From an uncultured Candidatus Obscuribacterales bacterium (GTDB lineage Bacteria; Cyanobacteriota; Vampirovibrionia; Obscuribacterales; Obscuribacteraceae), in assembly GCA_964606665.1 (NCBI GenBank), contig CAZSHS010000002.1, forward strand, positions 3,487-67,486: DNA of 64,000 nucleotides, read 5' to 3'. The notes below the pieces were generated by a model that searched no databases, was not told the DNA's origin, and saw only the letters and a program-made list of their open reading frames with translations. The position numbers and the translations under genes were made by a program. Positions 9,530 to 19,642 of this stretch are shown piece by piece (positions within the stretch are counted from its first letter, which is position 1; every line of letters starts with the position of its first letter).

Positions 9530-10840
9530 ATGTTCAAAAGAGCGACCGAGCATTTATTTTTGAAAACCATGATAGTGATACCACTACTTGTGCTTTCGCT
9601 CGGCTCGAAAAATTATTGGATCACCAATGCTCAGGCTCAAGACAAATCGGTCAAAAAATCGATTCAAATCAAGAAGTCAGCACCAACACCTCAAGTGAGG
9701 GTATCGCCAGAATCAGGAGTGAAACTGCTGGTTGGCATTTTGCAGCGCATAGGAAATGTTCCGGCCCTTGCCATGCAGCAACAGTCAGTAAATTATGCTC
9801 CACCACCGCCAGCAGAGAGCGTTTCCAATCAAATTTTTGGTCAAAACCTTACCGACCCTGCCCTTGCTATTCGGCCTCAAATGCGCAGACAAAGCGCTTC
9901 TAATCAAGCCTACATTAGCCAGGCTCCGGCAAACAAAGCAAGAGCTAAGCCTGAAAACTTAATTGCTAGTTCGACCAAGATGTATCAGCTAAGCAAAACA
10001 ATCGATGAGTTAGATCGCGCTGCTAATTCGTACGAACCTAATTCCAGTCAACTATCTAATTCTGCTGGTCAATCAAGAGGCGTAGTTATCTCTAATGCTC
10101 CACGCATTACAGAGTATGGTGCAGCAAGTGGTGGCGCCACACAGGTCAAAAATGAAGCAACGATGCGCACCTTAGTTGGTGCTATCAAAGATGCTCAAGC
10201 TGAGCAAATGAGCAGAATGTCTGATTCGGAAGATTCATTTACCACTGCTCAAACTGCTACCAAAGCTAAGCGTCAAGTTGTAAAACTAGATCAACCTTCT
10301 TATTACAAACATATTCGCGAATATGACGAAAAAAAGAGCGCCAAAGAGCAAAAACAGATTGTTGCCTACAATCCACCTAGCATGGTTTTTGGCATCTCTG
10401 GTTTACAGCTTGGAGCTTCCAATAGTGACGTAAGTAGTTATCTAAAATCGCAGTATGGCAGTCAAAAGAGTAAATTCAAGAGTTTCAAATATAAAGAATG
10501 GGTAGTCTGGTCTCTGGTCGAGCCGTCAAGCCAGGGCGAGCGGACCACTTTACAGATTTTCTCAAGAGCAAATCAAGTTGAAGCCTTACGCATTTTTGAC
10601 GACAGATATATTCCAGATGCAGTAAATGTCAGACTGGCTGATACTATGGCTGTAATGAAAAATCGATTCGGCGAACCTGCCTTTGTTTTGGAAGAACCTC
10701 AGGTCAAAGACAATTCGACCGAAAAGAAAATGATAAAAAATTACGTATATCCTGTGAGCCAAGTAAGCTTCCAGCTTGTAAGAGCAGAGAACGGCACCTC
10801 TCCTGTAGTCACTAGCGTCTTGTTATTTAAGTTTTTATAG
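9530..10840 (+). CDS. Secreted protein of unknown function, co-operonic with the CHASE2 two-component system
   Basis: 436-aa ORF starting 3 nt after the regulator stop. N-terminal hydrophobic signal-like segment (IVIPLLVLSLGSKNYWITNAQA). I recognise no motif. Confidence 0.6.
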   Translation: MFKRATEHLFLKTMIVIPLLVLSLGSKNYWITNAQAQDKSVKKSIQIKKSAPTPQVRVSPESGVKLLVGILQRIGNVPALAMQQQSVNYAPPPPAESVSNQIFGQNLTDPALAIRPQMRRQSASNQAYISQAPANKARAKPENLIASSTKMYQLSKTIDELDRAANSYEPNSSQLSNSAGQSRGVVISNAPRITEYGAASGGATQVKNEATMRTLVGAIKDAQAEQMSRMSDSEDSFTTAQTATKAKRQVVKLDQPSYYKHIREYDEKKSAKEQKQIVAYNPPSMVFGISGLQLGASNSDVSSYLKSQYGSQKSKFKSFKYKEWVVWSLVEPSSQGERTTLQIFSRANQVEALRIFDDRYIPDAVNVRLADTMAVMKNRFGEPAFVLEEPQVKDNSTEKKMIKNYVYPVSQVSFQLVRAENGTSPVVTSVLLFKFL

Positions 10841-10891
10841 ATATCTCTTGAGCAAAGCGCTTGAGCCTGGCAAACAGGTAGAATATAGGTC

Positions 10892-12913
10892 ATGTCAGTG
10901 ACCAAGTACCAGCCTTTATATCTCAAGTACAGACCGCAAACTCTGCAGGAGCTTGTGGGGCAGAGTTCAGTTGTCAAAACGCTGAGCAATGCACTTGAAA
11001 ATTCGCGCATCACTCATGCTTATTTATTCACTGGTCCGCGCGGAACCGGAAAAACATCCAGCGCTCGAATCCTTGCCAAGAGCCTAAATTGCGATAACGG
11101 TCCCACCACAACACCTTGTTTGACTTGCCCATCTTGTGTAGAGATTGCCTCTTCTTCTTCGCCTTCTGTTTTTGAAATTGACGCAGCTTCAAATAACAGC
11201 GTAGACGATGCTCGCAGTTTGATAGAGCGAGCCCCCCTTGCGGCTCAAGGCGGAAAATACAAAATTTATATCGTGGATGAATGCCACATGCTCACTAAAG
11301 AGGCATTCAACGCACTGCTTAAAACAATCGAAGAGCCGCCACCGCAAGTGGTGTTTATCCTTGCAACGACAGAAGAATACAAAGTTCCACCTACCATCTT
11401 AAGCCGCTGTCAGCGCCTGATGTTCCGCCTTGCCAATCAGCCTGAGCTAGAAAAACATTTACGCAAAGTAGCCGAAGCCGAAAATATCAATATAACAGAC
11501 GATGCCATTCAGCTTGTTTGTCGCCGCTCTGGAGGCGGACTAAGAGACGCTTTAGGTCTGTTTGATCAAGCCAGTCTTTTAGCCCAAGAAGGAAAACCAA
11601 TCACTTCGCAAGACTTGCTTGTATTGCTTGGAGCACTGCAAGAAGATTTGCTCCTTTCGCTAGGCATGGGCATAGTAAAGGGCGATGGTTACAGCGTTAC
11701 TCAAGCAGTAAACGAACTTTTAGGGCAAGGAAGAGAACCCTCACTTATTGCTCTTGAATTGGCAAAACATTTCTTGAATTTAGTCAAAGGCTCATATTTA
11801 AATGTACAAGACACAACCCAAATGGGTAAGTATGTAAGCGGATCTGCTTCTTATCTTGAGGGCATACTTGCTCAAGTCAAAGATGGAATACAGTCTTGTG
11901 AACTAGTCCAAATTGTTGAACAGTTAGAAAAACTGGAACAGTCTGTGAAGCGCTCTTCCTTACCTGTGATGACTTTGGAAATCGGACTTTTGTCTATCTG
12001 TCACAGACACGACATAAAAGATGTGAAAGAACTTTCGCTCAAACTGGAAGCGCTCGAGAACCGCATGCAAGGGGGCTTTGATCCTTCAAACGCCAGCGCA
12101 CCACAAGTGGTGACTCGTCCAAGACCTCAATATTCACAACCGATAACTGCTCCAGTACAAACTTCGACACCAGTGCAAACTTCGACACCGACGCAAGTAT
12201 CAGCACCGGCACAAGTAACAACCTCAACAGTTGTTACCATGGAGAGAGTAGAGACACCTCAGGCAGAAATGACTATTATACTTTCTGAAAAGACTCAAGA
12301 GTTTGAATCTGAGCCTGAAGTGCAAGCAACACAACCAATTCCCCAACCCACGCAAGCATCGCCAAGCCAACCAGCTCAAAGCGGATCTCACGGCGACTTA
12401 GATGTACTTTGGGATAGAGTGCTCGATGCGCTACAGAAGCGCAATATTCCAGCATATAGCGTGGTGAACATGCATGCATTTCCGCTCAACCACGAAAATG
12501 ATGTGCTCTATCTTGGTGTGCCAAAAGAGTTCTTTCAAAAAACTATTGAGTCAAAATCGCACCACATTTCTCAAGCTTATAAAGACATCACTGGCGATAC
12601 CATCACTGTAAAAGTAAAAGTGGTGGATGAAAGTAATCGCTTGCAAGCAGTTAAGAGTCCGGCTCCAAAACCGGCTCCTCAAGCCCCTACACCCAGAGTT
12701 CAAGAAACTCAAAGCGACTCAAAACCCGACTCGGAGGATGATAGGGCTAAGCCCCTATTAAGCGAAGCAGAAACTAATTCAGCGCCAAATACCGGCACCA
12801 AAGCACCAAGCGAAATAAGCTTGATGGTACTTGAAACAGACGGCACGGCTTCGCAAAACGCCAAAGAAGCTTATAAGCTCTTCGAAGGTCCCGGCTCTCG
12901 ATTTATTAGCTAA
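10892..12913 (+). CDS. dnaX: DNA polymerase III subunit gamma/tau
   Basis: YRPQTLQELVGQ, Walker A GPRGTGKTS, a Zn module CLTCPSC, DECHML and the SRC motif (ILSRCQRL). Long Pro/Thr/Gln-rich linker. Confidence 0.92.
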   Translation: MSVTKYQPLYLKYRPQTLQELVGQSSVVKTLSNALENSRITHAYLFTGPRGTGKTSSARILAKSLNCDNGPTTTPCLTCPSCVEIASSSSPSVFEIDAASNNSVDDARSLIERAPLAAQGGKYKIYIVDECHMLTKEAFNALLKTIEEPPPQVVFILATTEEYKVPPTILSRCQRLMFRLANQPELEKHLRKVAEAENINITDDAIQLVCRRSGGGLRDALGLFDQASLLAQEGKPITSQDLLVLLGALQEDLLLSLGMGIVKGDGYSVTQAVNELLGQGREPSLIALELAKHFLNLVKGSYLNVQDTTQMGKYVSGSASYLEGILAQVKDGIQSCELVQIVEQLEKLEQSVKRSSLPVMTLEIGLLSICHRHDIKDVKELSLKLEALENRMQGGFDPSNASAPQVVTRPRPQYSQPITAPVQTSTPVQTSTPTQVSAPAQVTTSTVVTMERVETPQAEMTIILSEKTQEFESEPEVQATQPIPQPTQASPSQPAQSGSHGDLDVLWDRVLDALQKRNIPAYSVVNMHAFPLNHENDVLYLGVPKEFFQKTIESKSHHISQAYKDITGDTITVKVKVVDESNRLQAVKSPAPKPAPQAPTPRVQETQSDSKPDSEDDRAKPLLSEAETNSAPNTGTKAPSEISLMVLETDGTASQNAKEAYKLFEGPGSRFIS

Positions 12914-13187
12914 TCACTACGAATCTGCCCCAGTACTCATTAATTAGCTCTTGGTCGGCTTCTTCCACATCGACCGATTCAACTTGGGCACTGGGTGGAC
13001 CTTTGTGACACCAGACTATGAGCTCTTGCACCTTTTCATCTGGTCCATAGACCAGCACTTCGACCGACTCGTCCATGTTGTTCTTGACCCAACCAAAAAG
13101 GTCGCGCGCGGCGGCCTCCTTACAAGTGGACTGCCGATAGAAAACGCCCTGGACGCGGCCTTTGATTTTTAATTTGACGCAAGTCAA
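12906..13187 (-). CDS. acyP: Acylphosphatase
   Basis: 93 aa with the VKGRVQGVFYR signature and GWVKN block. Its 3' end overlaps the dnaX 3' end by 8 nt (convergent). Confidence 0.85.
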   Translation of the reverse strand: MTCVKLKIKGRVQGVFYRQSTCKEAAARDLFGWVKNNMDESVEVLVYGPDEKVQELIVWCHKGPPSAQVESVDVEEADQELINEYWGRFVVIS

Positions 13188-13323
13188 GATGTCTTACAAC
13201 CCCCGGCTTTTAATGCAATAAGTTTTCGCCATTTTGAGCAATATTTTCTTATATTGTGGAAGAAAAAAGATATTAGAAAAGCTATACTGCTCTATCGGCT
13301 CTTGCAGAACCTTAGGGATATCG

Positions 13324-15612
13324 ATGTCGGAACAAAAAAAGGCGCCAAAAATTGAAGATTCGGTGATTCTCTCGGCTATTGAGAAGGTCAAAGACAAAGG
13401 TTTCGATATCAATCCTTACACAGTCTCTGATGAGGCAAAAGTCTTTCCCTCGGACATTTTCCGTGCGCCAAGTCTGATGAAAATAATTCTTGATGCCAGA
13501 GACGAGGCATCTAAATGGCATTTTCAGCCCTCGGCTTCGGAAGCCGACATTAAATTCAATACGCTTGAGATCAACATCGACAAATTGCGTGAAGAAAACG
13601 AACGCTTGAGCGCTCAGGTTAACGAGCTGGAAGAAAAACTCACCGCCCCGACAAATTCTCCGACCGAAGTCGAGGTAGTTGTCGAAGAGAACAACGACAA
13701 GAGCAAAAGCTCAAGCAATGAACCTGAAGTCGATTTTTCGATGGGTGAAGATTTCAATGAACAACTTAAAGATTTGCTCCAGATGGAAAGCGAAAGTGAA
13801 GTCCAGGAGCTTGAAAAGCAGTTAGCTGAAGCACGAGAAGAGCTTAGTACAGCTAAAAGTGAGTTTGCTCGTGTAGAAGATGACAACAAAGATCTCAGTC
13901 ATAGTGTGCTTGGTCTTGAACGAGTCAACGAAGCGTTGAACATCCGATTACGTGAACTGGATGCAGAAAATCGTGAATTAAAAGCGACTGCAGAAAAAGA
14001 TCATGCAAATAATCCAGCAGACACCTCCAATTTACCTGGCAACATTGGTGACAATGAAGAGTTGCAATATTTGCGCAACTCGCAGCAAGAATTAACTGAA
14101 CGTCTCAATCATTTTGAAGATGAAAACGCAAGACTAATCGGGCGCATTCAGGATCTCGAAAACGAAGCAGAACAAAAAGAGCTAGAGGCAAGTCAATCGG
14201 CTCCCAACCCTGAACTTGAAGCTTATGTAGCAGAACTCGAACAGCGTATTGCAGATAGCGATGCAAAACAAGTCGAAATGCAAGAAGAGATGGATACCCT
14301 AGTCACTCAATTGCAAAACTCCTGGCACACTGGTTACCAAAAAGGATTGAGTGACGGCAAAGCACAAGCCGCTGAAGAAGCATCAGCCGCAACAGAGCAA
14401 ATAGAAATTGAGCCGGCTTCAATCAATTACGATGCCACCGCTCCTATTCAAGCTCAAGCATTTCAAGCTCCAGATCTTTCTATGATGCAAGGAATCGGCA
14501 ACTCTTCTAGCGAATATGACGCGCTCAAAGACATGAAATGGAAAGATGTCGAGACCGTTTATCAAATGGGAGGCCAAGGTCAAACTCAACCTCCTGCTTT
14601 TTTTGAAAACGCCCAAGCACAAGAACCTGTCTATGCTCAAGAGCATGGTTATACGCAGGATCAAGGCTATGCTCAGGACCCAGGCTATACACAAGACCAG
14701 GGTTATGCTCAGGACCAGGGTTATGCTCAGGACCCAGGCTATACACAAGATCAGGGTTATGCTCAAGACCCAAATTATTTACAGCCACAAGCAGAAGTTC
14801 CATATGATTTTGGTGGCGCATATCAAAATTATGATGAACAAGAAAATGTACAAGACCTTCAATACGCTCCATTTGAACAGGGTGAATTTGCTCAAGAAGC
14901 GCACGGGGATTATCCGGACGCTCAACCGCATCAAGAACATTTCGAACACCAACCACAAGAAGCAGAAATAGACTTCGACCAAATGGACATTTTCGAAGAT
15001 ATCGAAGAGCTTGAGCGTCTTGGAAAAATCGAATTACCTGACGACATTATTCCAATCGATCACAGCGAAAAAGCAACACCAAGCGAAGCTGCGTTGCGCA
15101 ATTTAGTGCAACACAAAATTCAGCACCAACAAGAACATAGCACTGGAGAAGTTCCACGCATGGTGGGCAAAGCCACTGTGGATCCTGCACAAGCCCAAAC
15201 TGACCCGGCTGGTGCTAAAGGCATTAACAAATTTGTGGGACAGCGCGGAGCGCATGCAAATACAGAAGCAGCCCAAAGTGCCACCAATTTGCCAGTGATA
15301 CCAGTAGTACGCAATCTTCCACCAGAAGTACGCAAAGCTTGTCAAATTTTAGGTCTTGCACCTGAGACTATGACCAAAGAAACAATTAGTGATGCATGGA
15401 AAAAAGCGATTACTGCTCCTGGAGTTCACCCTGACCAGGGTGGTGACACAGAAATCGCCACATCTATTAACTTAGCAAAAGCAACACTGCTTAAATTCAT
15501 GGATCAAACAGCGCCAAAATTAGGCAAAAAATTTGGTGCGCAAGCAGGTAGTGTAAATCGTTTTGCAGGCAAGAAAAAACCGGAAGATCAAAAACCGGAA
15601 GACCAAGAATAG
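13324..15612 (+). CDS. Large acidic coiled-coil protein with hexapeptide repeats and a C-terminal J-domain-like module
   Basis: Long heptad-like E/Q/L-rich region, a GY(A/T)QD(Q/P) x7 repeat, and the C-terminal CQILGLAPETMTKETISDAWKKAITAPGVHPDQGGD (HPD motif). The start is uncertain between 13234 and 13324. Confidence 0.6.
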   Translation: MSEQKKAPKIEDSVILSAIEKVKDKGFDINPYTVSDEAKVFPSDIFRAPSLMKIILDARDEASKWHFQPSASEADIKFNTLEINIDKLREENERLSAQVNELEEKLTAPTNSPTEVEVVVEENNDKSKSSSNEPEVDFSMGEDFNEQLKDLLQMESESEVQELEKQLAEAREELSTAKSEFARVEDDNKDLSHSVLGLERVNEALNIRLRELDAENRELKATAEKDHANNPADTSNLPGNIGDNEELQYLRNSQQELTERLNHFEDENARLIGRIQDLENEAEQKELEASQSAPNPELEAYVAELEQRIADSDAKQVEMQEEMDTLVTQLQNSWHTGYQKGLSDGKAQAAEEASAATEQIEIEPASINYDATAPIQAQAFQAPDLSMMQGIGNSSSEYDALKDMKWKDVETVYQMGGQGQTQPPAFFENAQAQEPVYAQEHGYTQDQGYAQDPGYTQDQGYAQDQGYAQDPGYTQDQGYAQDPNYLQPQAEVPYDFGGAYQNYDEQENVQDLQYAPFEQGEFAQEAHGDYPDAQPHQEHFEHQPQEAEIDFDQMDIFEDIEELERLGKIELPDDIIPIDHSEKATPSEAALRNLVQHKIQHQQEHSTGEVPRMVGKATVDPAQAQTDPAGAKGINKFVGQRGAHANTEAAQSATNLPVIPVVRNLPPEVRKACQILGLAPETMTKETISDAWKKAITAPGVHPDQGGDTEIATSINLAKATLLKFMDQTAPKLGKKFGAQAGSVNRFAGKKKPEDQKPEDQE
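14647..14772 (+). repeat. Seven tandem 18-nt repeats encoding GY(T/A)QD(Q/P)
   Basis: Read directly: ggttatacgcaggatcaa / ggctatgctcaggaccca / ggctatacacaagaccag / ggttatgctcaggaccag / ggttatgctcaggaccca / ggctatacacaagatcag / ggttatgctcaagaccca. Confidence 0.95.
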
Positions 15613-15628
15613 TGATTGAGGAGTAGCC

Positions 15629-17017
15629 GTGGTTAAGGGCGTGGTCGCGATTGTAGGCCGTCCAAATGTAGGAAAGTCAACCTTCTTCAATAGATGCGTA
15701 GGTTCGCGCAGCGCAATTGTAGACGACCAACCTGGAGTTACTCGCGATAGGATTTATCGCGAAGCCGAATGGTCAGGAAGCAAATTCTTAATTGTGGACA
15801 CAGGCGGTATTTTACCTGGCACAGCCGCAGACATAAACAGTTCCGCTCAAATAAACGAAGAGGTCAATAAGCAAGTTCGACTAGCTATAGACGAGTCGGA
15901 TGTGATTGTCTTTATTGTCGATGGAAAGCAAGGTCCCATAGGCGTCGACGAAGATATTGCTCACATACTACGCCAATCTAAAAAACCTGTTCTATTGGCA
16001 GTCAATAAAATAGATACACCCAAAGACGAATTGAATGTACCTGAATTTTACTCGCTTGGACTAGGCGAACCTCACAGTTTGTCTGCCATGGTGGGATCTG
16101 GAGGCGTTGGCGATTTACTTGATCTGGTGATTGAAAATCTTCCTAAAGGTAAAAAAGGAAGAATCTCTGAAGAGGAAGAATTCGCCGAAGGAGAAGAGGA
16201 AGACCTTTCTAAAAAGCCATTCTCGCTAGCCCTTGTGGGCAAACCAAATGTGGGCAAATCATCTCTTTTGAATATTTTGTGCGGCGCAGATCGCACCATC
16301 GTTTCAGATGAGCCCGGCACTACGCGCGATGCCATTCACACCATTATCAAACACAACGGCAGAGAAATTACTCTTATTGATACTGCCGGAATTAGACGTC
16401 GAACCAAAGTTGAATACGGTATTGAAGCCTTTTCAGTAGTGCGATCTTTTAAAGCTATTTCAAACGCCGACGTAGTAGTGCAAATCATCGACTCATCAGA
16501 ACCGATATCGGATCAAGATCAAAAAATCGCATCTAAAATTGCCGAAGCAGGACGCGGTGTGGTGATCGTTATGAACAAATGGGATTTGTTCGAAAATAAA
16601 TCTTCGACCAAAATGAATGAGCTGAAAAAAAACGTTGATCAAGACCTTCGCGCTATTTGTTATGCGCCCGTTCTTTTTACAAGCGCTACAGAAAAGGTTC
16701 GAGTTGGGAAAATAATAGAGGCTGCAGGCCTTGCATTTGCTCAAAATCACAGACGAGTTACAACCAGTCTATTGAATCAATCTATCAGCGAATGCGTGGC
16801 ACTTGTGCCACCACCAGCAGGTAAGCGTGGTAAGCGCCTGAAAATCTATTACGCTACTCAAGTGTCCGTTGGGCCACCCACTTTTGCACTATTTGTGAAT
16901 GATACCAAACTTCTGACCGACAATTACCGGACCTACTTGGAGCGCAAACTGCGCGAAAATTTCGGTTTTGAAGGCACACCCATCAGGATTTTGACCAGAC
17001 CCAAAAAGAAACAATAA
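15629..17017 (+). CDS. der: Ribosome-associated GTPase Der/EngA
   Basis: Two tandem GTPase domains (GRPNVGKST...DTGG...NKID and GKPNVGKSS...DTAG...NKWD) plus a KH-like C-terminus. GTG start after GAGGAG. Confidence 0.95.
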   Translation: MVKGVVAIVGRPNVGKSTFFNRCVGSRSAIVDDQPGVTRDRIYREAEWSGSKFLIVDTGGILPGTAADINSSAQINEEVNKQVRLAIDESDVIVFIVDGKQGPIGVDEDIAHILRQSKKPVLLAVNKIDTPKDELNVPEFYSLGLGEPHSLSAMVGSGGVGDLLDLVIENLPKGKKGRISEEEEFAEGEEEDLSKKPFSLALVGKPNVGKSSLLNILCGADRTIVSDEPGTTRDAIHTIIKHNGREITLIDTAGIRRRTKVEYGIEAFSVVRSFKAISNADVVVQIIDSSEPISDQDQKIASKIAEAGRGVVIVMNKWDLFENKSSTKMNELKKNVDQDLRAICYAPVLFTSATEKVRVGKIIEAAGLAFAQNHRRVTTSLLNQSISECVALVPPPAGKRGKRLKIYYATQVSVGPPTFALFVNDTKLLTDNYRTYLERKLRENFGFEGTPIRILTRPKKKQ

Positions 17018-17703
17018 TGTCGATTGTTATTGCCATTTCAAGCCTCTTATTAGCCTATTTACTCGGAGCCATTCCGACAGGTTTTTGGGTGGCAAAACTA
17101 GCAAAAGGGATAGACATTAGAAAAGAGGGCTCTGGCTCTACTGGTGCCACTAATGTTTTGCGCTGCGTCGGCAAAAAAGAAGCGGCATTTGTGATGTTCT
17201 TCGACATCTTTAAAGGCTATCTTGCAGTTGCTATTGCCATTTATCTTGAGTCTGCTTACTCTTGCGACCTATTTGGCGTGCGTGGCTTATTGCCTGTATT
17301 TGCAGCCGTCATAAGTCTAGTGGGACACAGTAAATCCATATTTTTAAACTTTCAAGGCGGCAAGAGTGTTGCCACCGGACTTGGTACTTATTTTGCTTTG
17401 AACTGGAAAGTAGCAATTATCGCATTTTCACTTTGGGTGTTTTTGATTTTTGTCACTAGATACGTCTCGCTTGCCTCTATCATCGGCACTTTCTCATGCA
17501 TAGTGACTATGATTATATTCGGCTCGCCTTTACCATACATTGTTTATACTCTAATTGCTTTTACTTACATTACAGCCCGCCACACAGAAAATATCAAACG
17601 ACTAATGAAAGGAACCGAGCCTAAATTCGGACAGAAAGCCAAAGACAGTAAAGAAAATACGCCTAAAGAGGTCGCAAATGATCAAGCGAATTCTGAATCA
17701 TAA
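17017..17703 (+). CDS. plsY: Glycerol-3-phosphate acyltransferase PlsY
   Basis: Polytopic protein with a GSGSTGATNVLR motif. The start overlaps the der stop (TAATG). Confidence 0.9.
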   Translation: MSIVIAISSLLLAYLLGAIPTGFWVAKLAKGIDIRKEGSGSTGATNVLRCVGKKEAAFVMFFDIFKGYLAVAIAIYLESAYSCDLFGVRGLLPVFAAVISLVGHSKSIFLNFQGGKSVATGLGTYFALNWKVAIIAFSLWVFLIFVTRYVSLASIIGTFSCIVTMIIFGSPLPYIVYTLIAFTYITARHTENIKRLMKGTEPKFGQKAKDSKENTPKEVANDQANSES

Positions 17704-18757
17704 AATTAAGTTGACACTATTGGCGGTGGCTGGATGTCTTTTCATAGTGCTACCAGATTCGGCACTATCAGCGCCTAAAATTCCGTTGCTTCCAGAAGAA
17801 GAAGCCAATATTCGAGTTTGGGAAAAGGCTCACAAAGCGGTCGTAAATTTATCTATCTATACTCCCAACGCTATTAATATGTACGAAGATCCAGGTATTG
17901 GCTCTGGATGCTTAATCAGCAAAGATGGCTTTGTAGTAACATGCGACCATGTGGTATCACAGGCAGCAAAAATCCGCGCCACTTTATTTGATGGAACTTC
18001 TTTTGAAGCGGCTATCATCGGTCGCGATCCTGCATCAGATCTTGCCGTTCTTAAATTACTGGCACCAAAAGGAAGAGTATTCGATTTTGTAGAACTAAAA
18101 GACAAGTCATCTGAAATTCAGGTTGGCAGAAGAGTTCTTGCCATAGGAAGTCCTTATGGAATCGACCAGACTTTAACTCAGGGCATAGTCTCAAGCATTA
18201 GTCGCACGATGAGAACGGCTGCAAACCGACTGGTGAAAGGCGTGATTCAAACTGATGCTGCTATCAATCGAGGAAATTCGGGCGGTCCCTTGCTCGATCT
18301 TCAAGGTAATCTAATTGGTATCAACGATTCAATTGTAAGTGCAACACAAGGCTCGTCGGGTATTGGACTTGCAATACCAAGTGCAGTGGTGAGTAGAGTG
18401 GTGCCACAATTAATCGAGTTTCATGTAGTTAAGCGTCCAGAGCTTGGTATCACGGCCAAGCCCGATAAAGGCGGATTGCGTGTGATTCAAGTAGATCCCA
18501 ATGGACCTTCGCACGAAGCTGGTCTGCAAGGCCCAAAAATAGTCAATTACCAAGACGGCGAAATGGTCTATCGAATTTTCGATGCCTCGCTTGCAGATCT
18601 CATTACCCATGTTGATGATGTGAAAGTACAAACTGAAGATGACTTATATTCATACATTGAGAAGAAACAACCTAATCAAGTAGTTAAACTGACTGTAGTT
18701 AGGGGAGGAAAGGTCCTCAAGATTCCAGTAAAATTGGTGGTCACTAAGACCAGCTAA
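17678..18757 (+). CDS. HtrA/DegP-like periplasmic serine protease with PDZ domain
   Basis: Signal peptide. Catalytic triad contexts are TCDHVV, DLAVLKL and GNSGGPL. C-terminal PDZ-like segment. Confidence 0.85.
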   Translation: MIKRILNHKIKLTLLAVAGCLFIVLPDSALSAPKIPLLPEEEANIRVWEKAHKAVVNLSIYTPNAINMYEDPGIGSGCLISKDGFVVTCDHVVSQAAKIRATLFDGTSFEAAIIGRDPASDLAVLKLLAPKGRVFDFVELKDKSSEIQVGRRVLAIGSPYGIDQTLTQGIVSSISRTMRTAANRLVKGVIQTDAAINRGNSGGPLLDLQGNLIGINDSIVSATQGSSGIGLAIPSAVVSRVVPQLIEFHVVKRPELGITAKPDKGGLRVIQVDPNGPSHEAGLQGPKIVNYQDGEMVYRIFDASLADLITHVDDVKVQTEDDLYSYIEKKQPNQVVKLTVVRGGKVLKIPVKLVVTKTS

Positions 18758-18770
18758 AAGGGAGTAGAAA

Positions 18771-19484
18771 TTGGCACGAATTCTAGTTATCGATGACGAC
18801 CACGCAATCGCAGAACTTGTCAAGATAAACCTTGAGCTACTAGGACACCATGTCGAGACCGCAAATGACGGCATTAAAGGTCTTGCCTTGGCTCAGCAAA
18901 ATTTACCCGAAATGATTGTACTCGATGTCATGATGCCCGATTTGGACGGTTTTACAGTCTGCCAGAGAATTCGTCAGAATCCACAGACCAATGGCATACC
19001 TATATTAATGTTGACAGCCCTTGGAATGACCAAAGACAAAGTCACCGGATTTGATTCGGGGGCAGATGACTATCTGGTCAAGCCTTTCGAGATTCCAGAA
19101 TTGCAAGTGCGTGTGCGTGCACTATTGAGACGAGCTGGATCTGTTTTACATTCAGCTTCACTACCTGAAATTTTGCATGCAGGTGAGATAACTCTAATCC
19201 CAGAAAATCTGCAAGCCAAAGTTGGCGAGCGTATCGTCAAATTGACCCCTACTGAGTTTGAAATATTGCATTGTTTAATGCAGCACCACGGTCAAACAGT
19301 GAGCACAGGAAAGCTTCTAGAAGAGGTCTGGGGCTACGCTCCCGACGATGACGTCGATACTATTCGCGTGCACATTCGTCATTTGCGCACTAGATTAGAA
19401 ACTAGTGAGCGTAAGTATATAAAGACCGTATATGGCGGCGGGTATCAGCTCATCGCCGAAGGCTTCAATCGCACTGGTAAATAG
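18771..19484 (+). CDS. OmpR-family response regulator (no adjacent kinase)
   Basis: REC domain ([19 protein letters not shown]) plus a winged-helix output ([12 protein letters not shown]..., [20 protein letters not shown]). TTG start. Confidence 0.9.
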   Translation: MARILVIDDDHAIAELVKINLELLGHHVETANDGIKGLALAQQNLPEMIVLDVMMPDLDGFTVCQRIRQNPQTNGIPILMLTALGMTKDKVTGFDSGADDYLVKPFEIPELQVRVRALLRRAGSVLHSASLPEILHAGEITLIPENLQAKVGERIVKLTPTEFEILHCLMQHHGQTVSTGKLLEEVWGYAPDDDVDTIRVHIRHLRTRLETSERKYIKTVYGGGYQLIAEGFNRTGK

Positions 19485-19642
19485 CTTTCAGCGCGCTTAT
19501 TAGACGAAGCTTATTTTTTTGCTGACATTTTTTAAAGCATTTTAGATTAATACAAACCCCTTATTAGAGGCGTACTTGGAATCTATTATTGTATGATTCT
19601 TGCCGTCCCACTTGATATGGCGAAAATTTCAGGAGTTACCCA

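Noticed and set aside
10892-12913. Possible programmed frameshift or slippage site producing a gamma subunit in dnaX
   Set aside because: I found no A-AAA-AAG heptamer or long A-run within the gene, so nothing in the sequence supports it.
19485-19642. Possible terminator or promoter between the OmpR-type regulator and the MBOAT gene
   Set aside because: Only a 4-bp stem precedes the T7 run, and the best -35/-10 candidates (TTAGAG-17-TATTGT) are weak. Not reportable as features.
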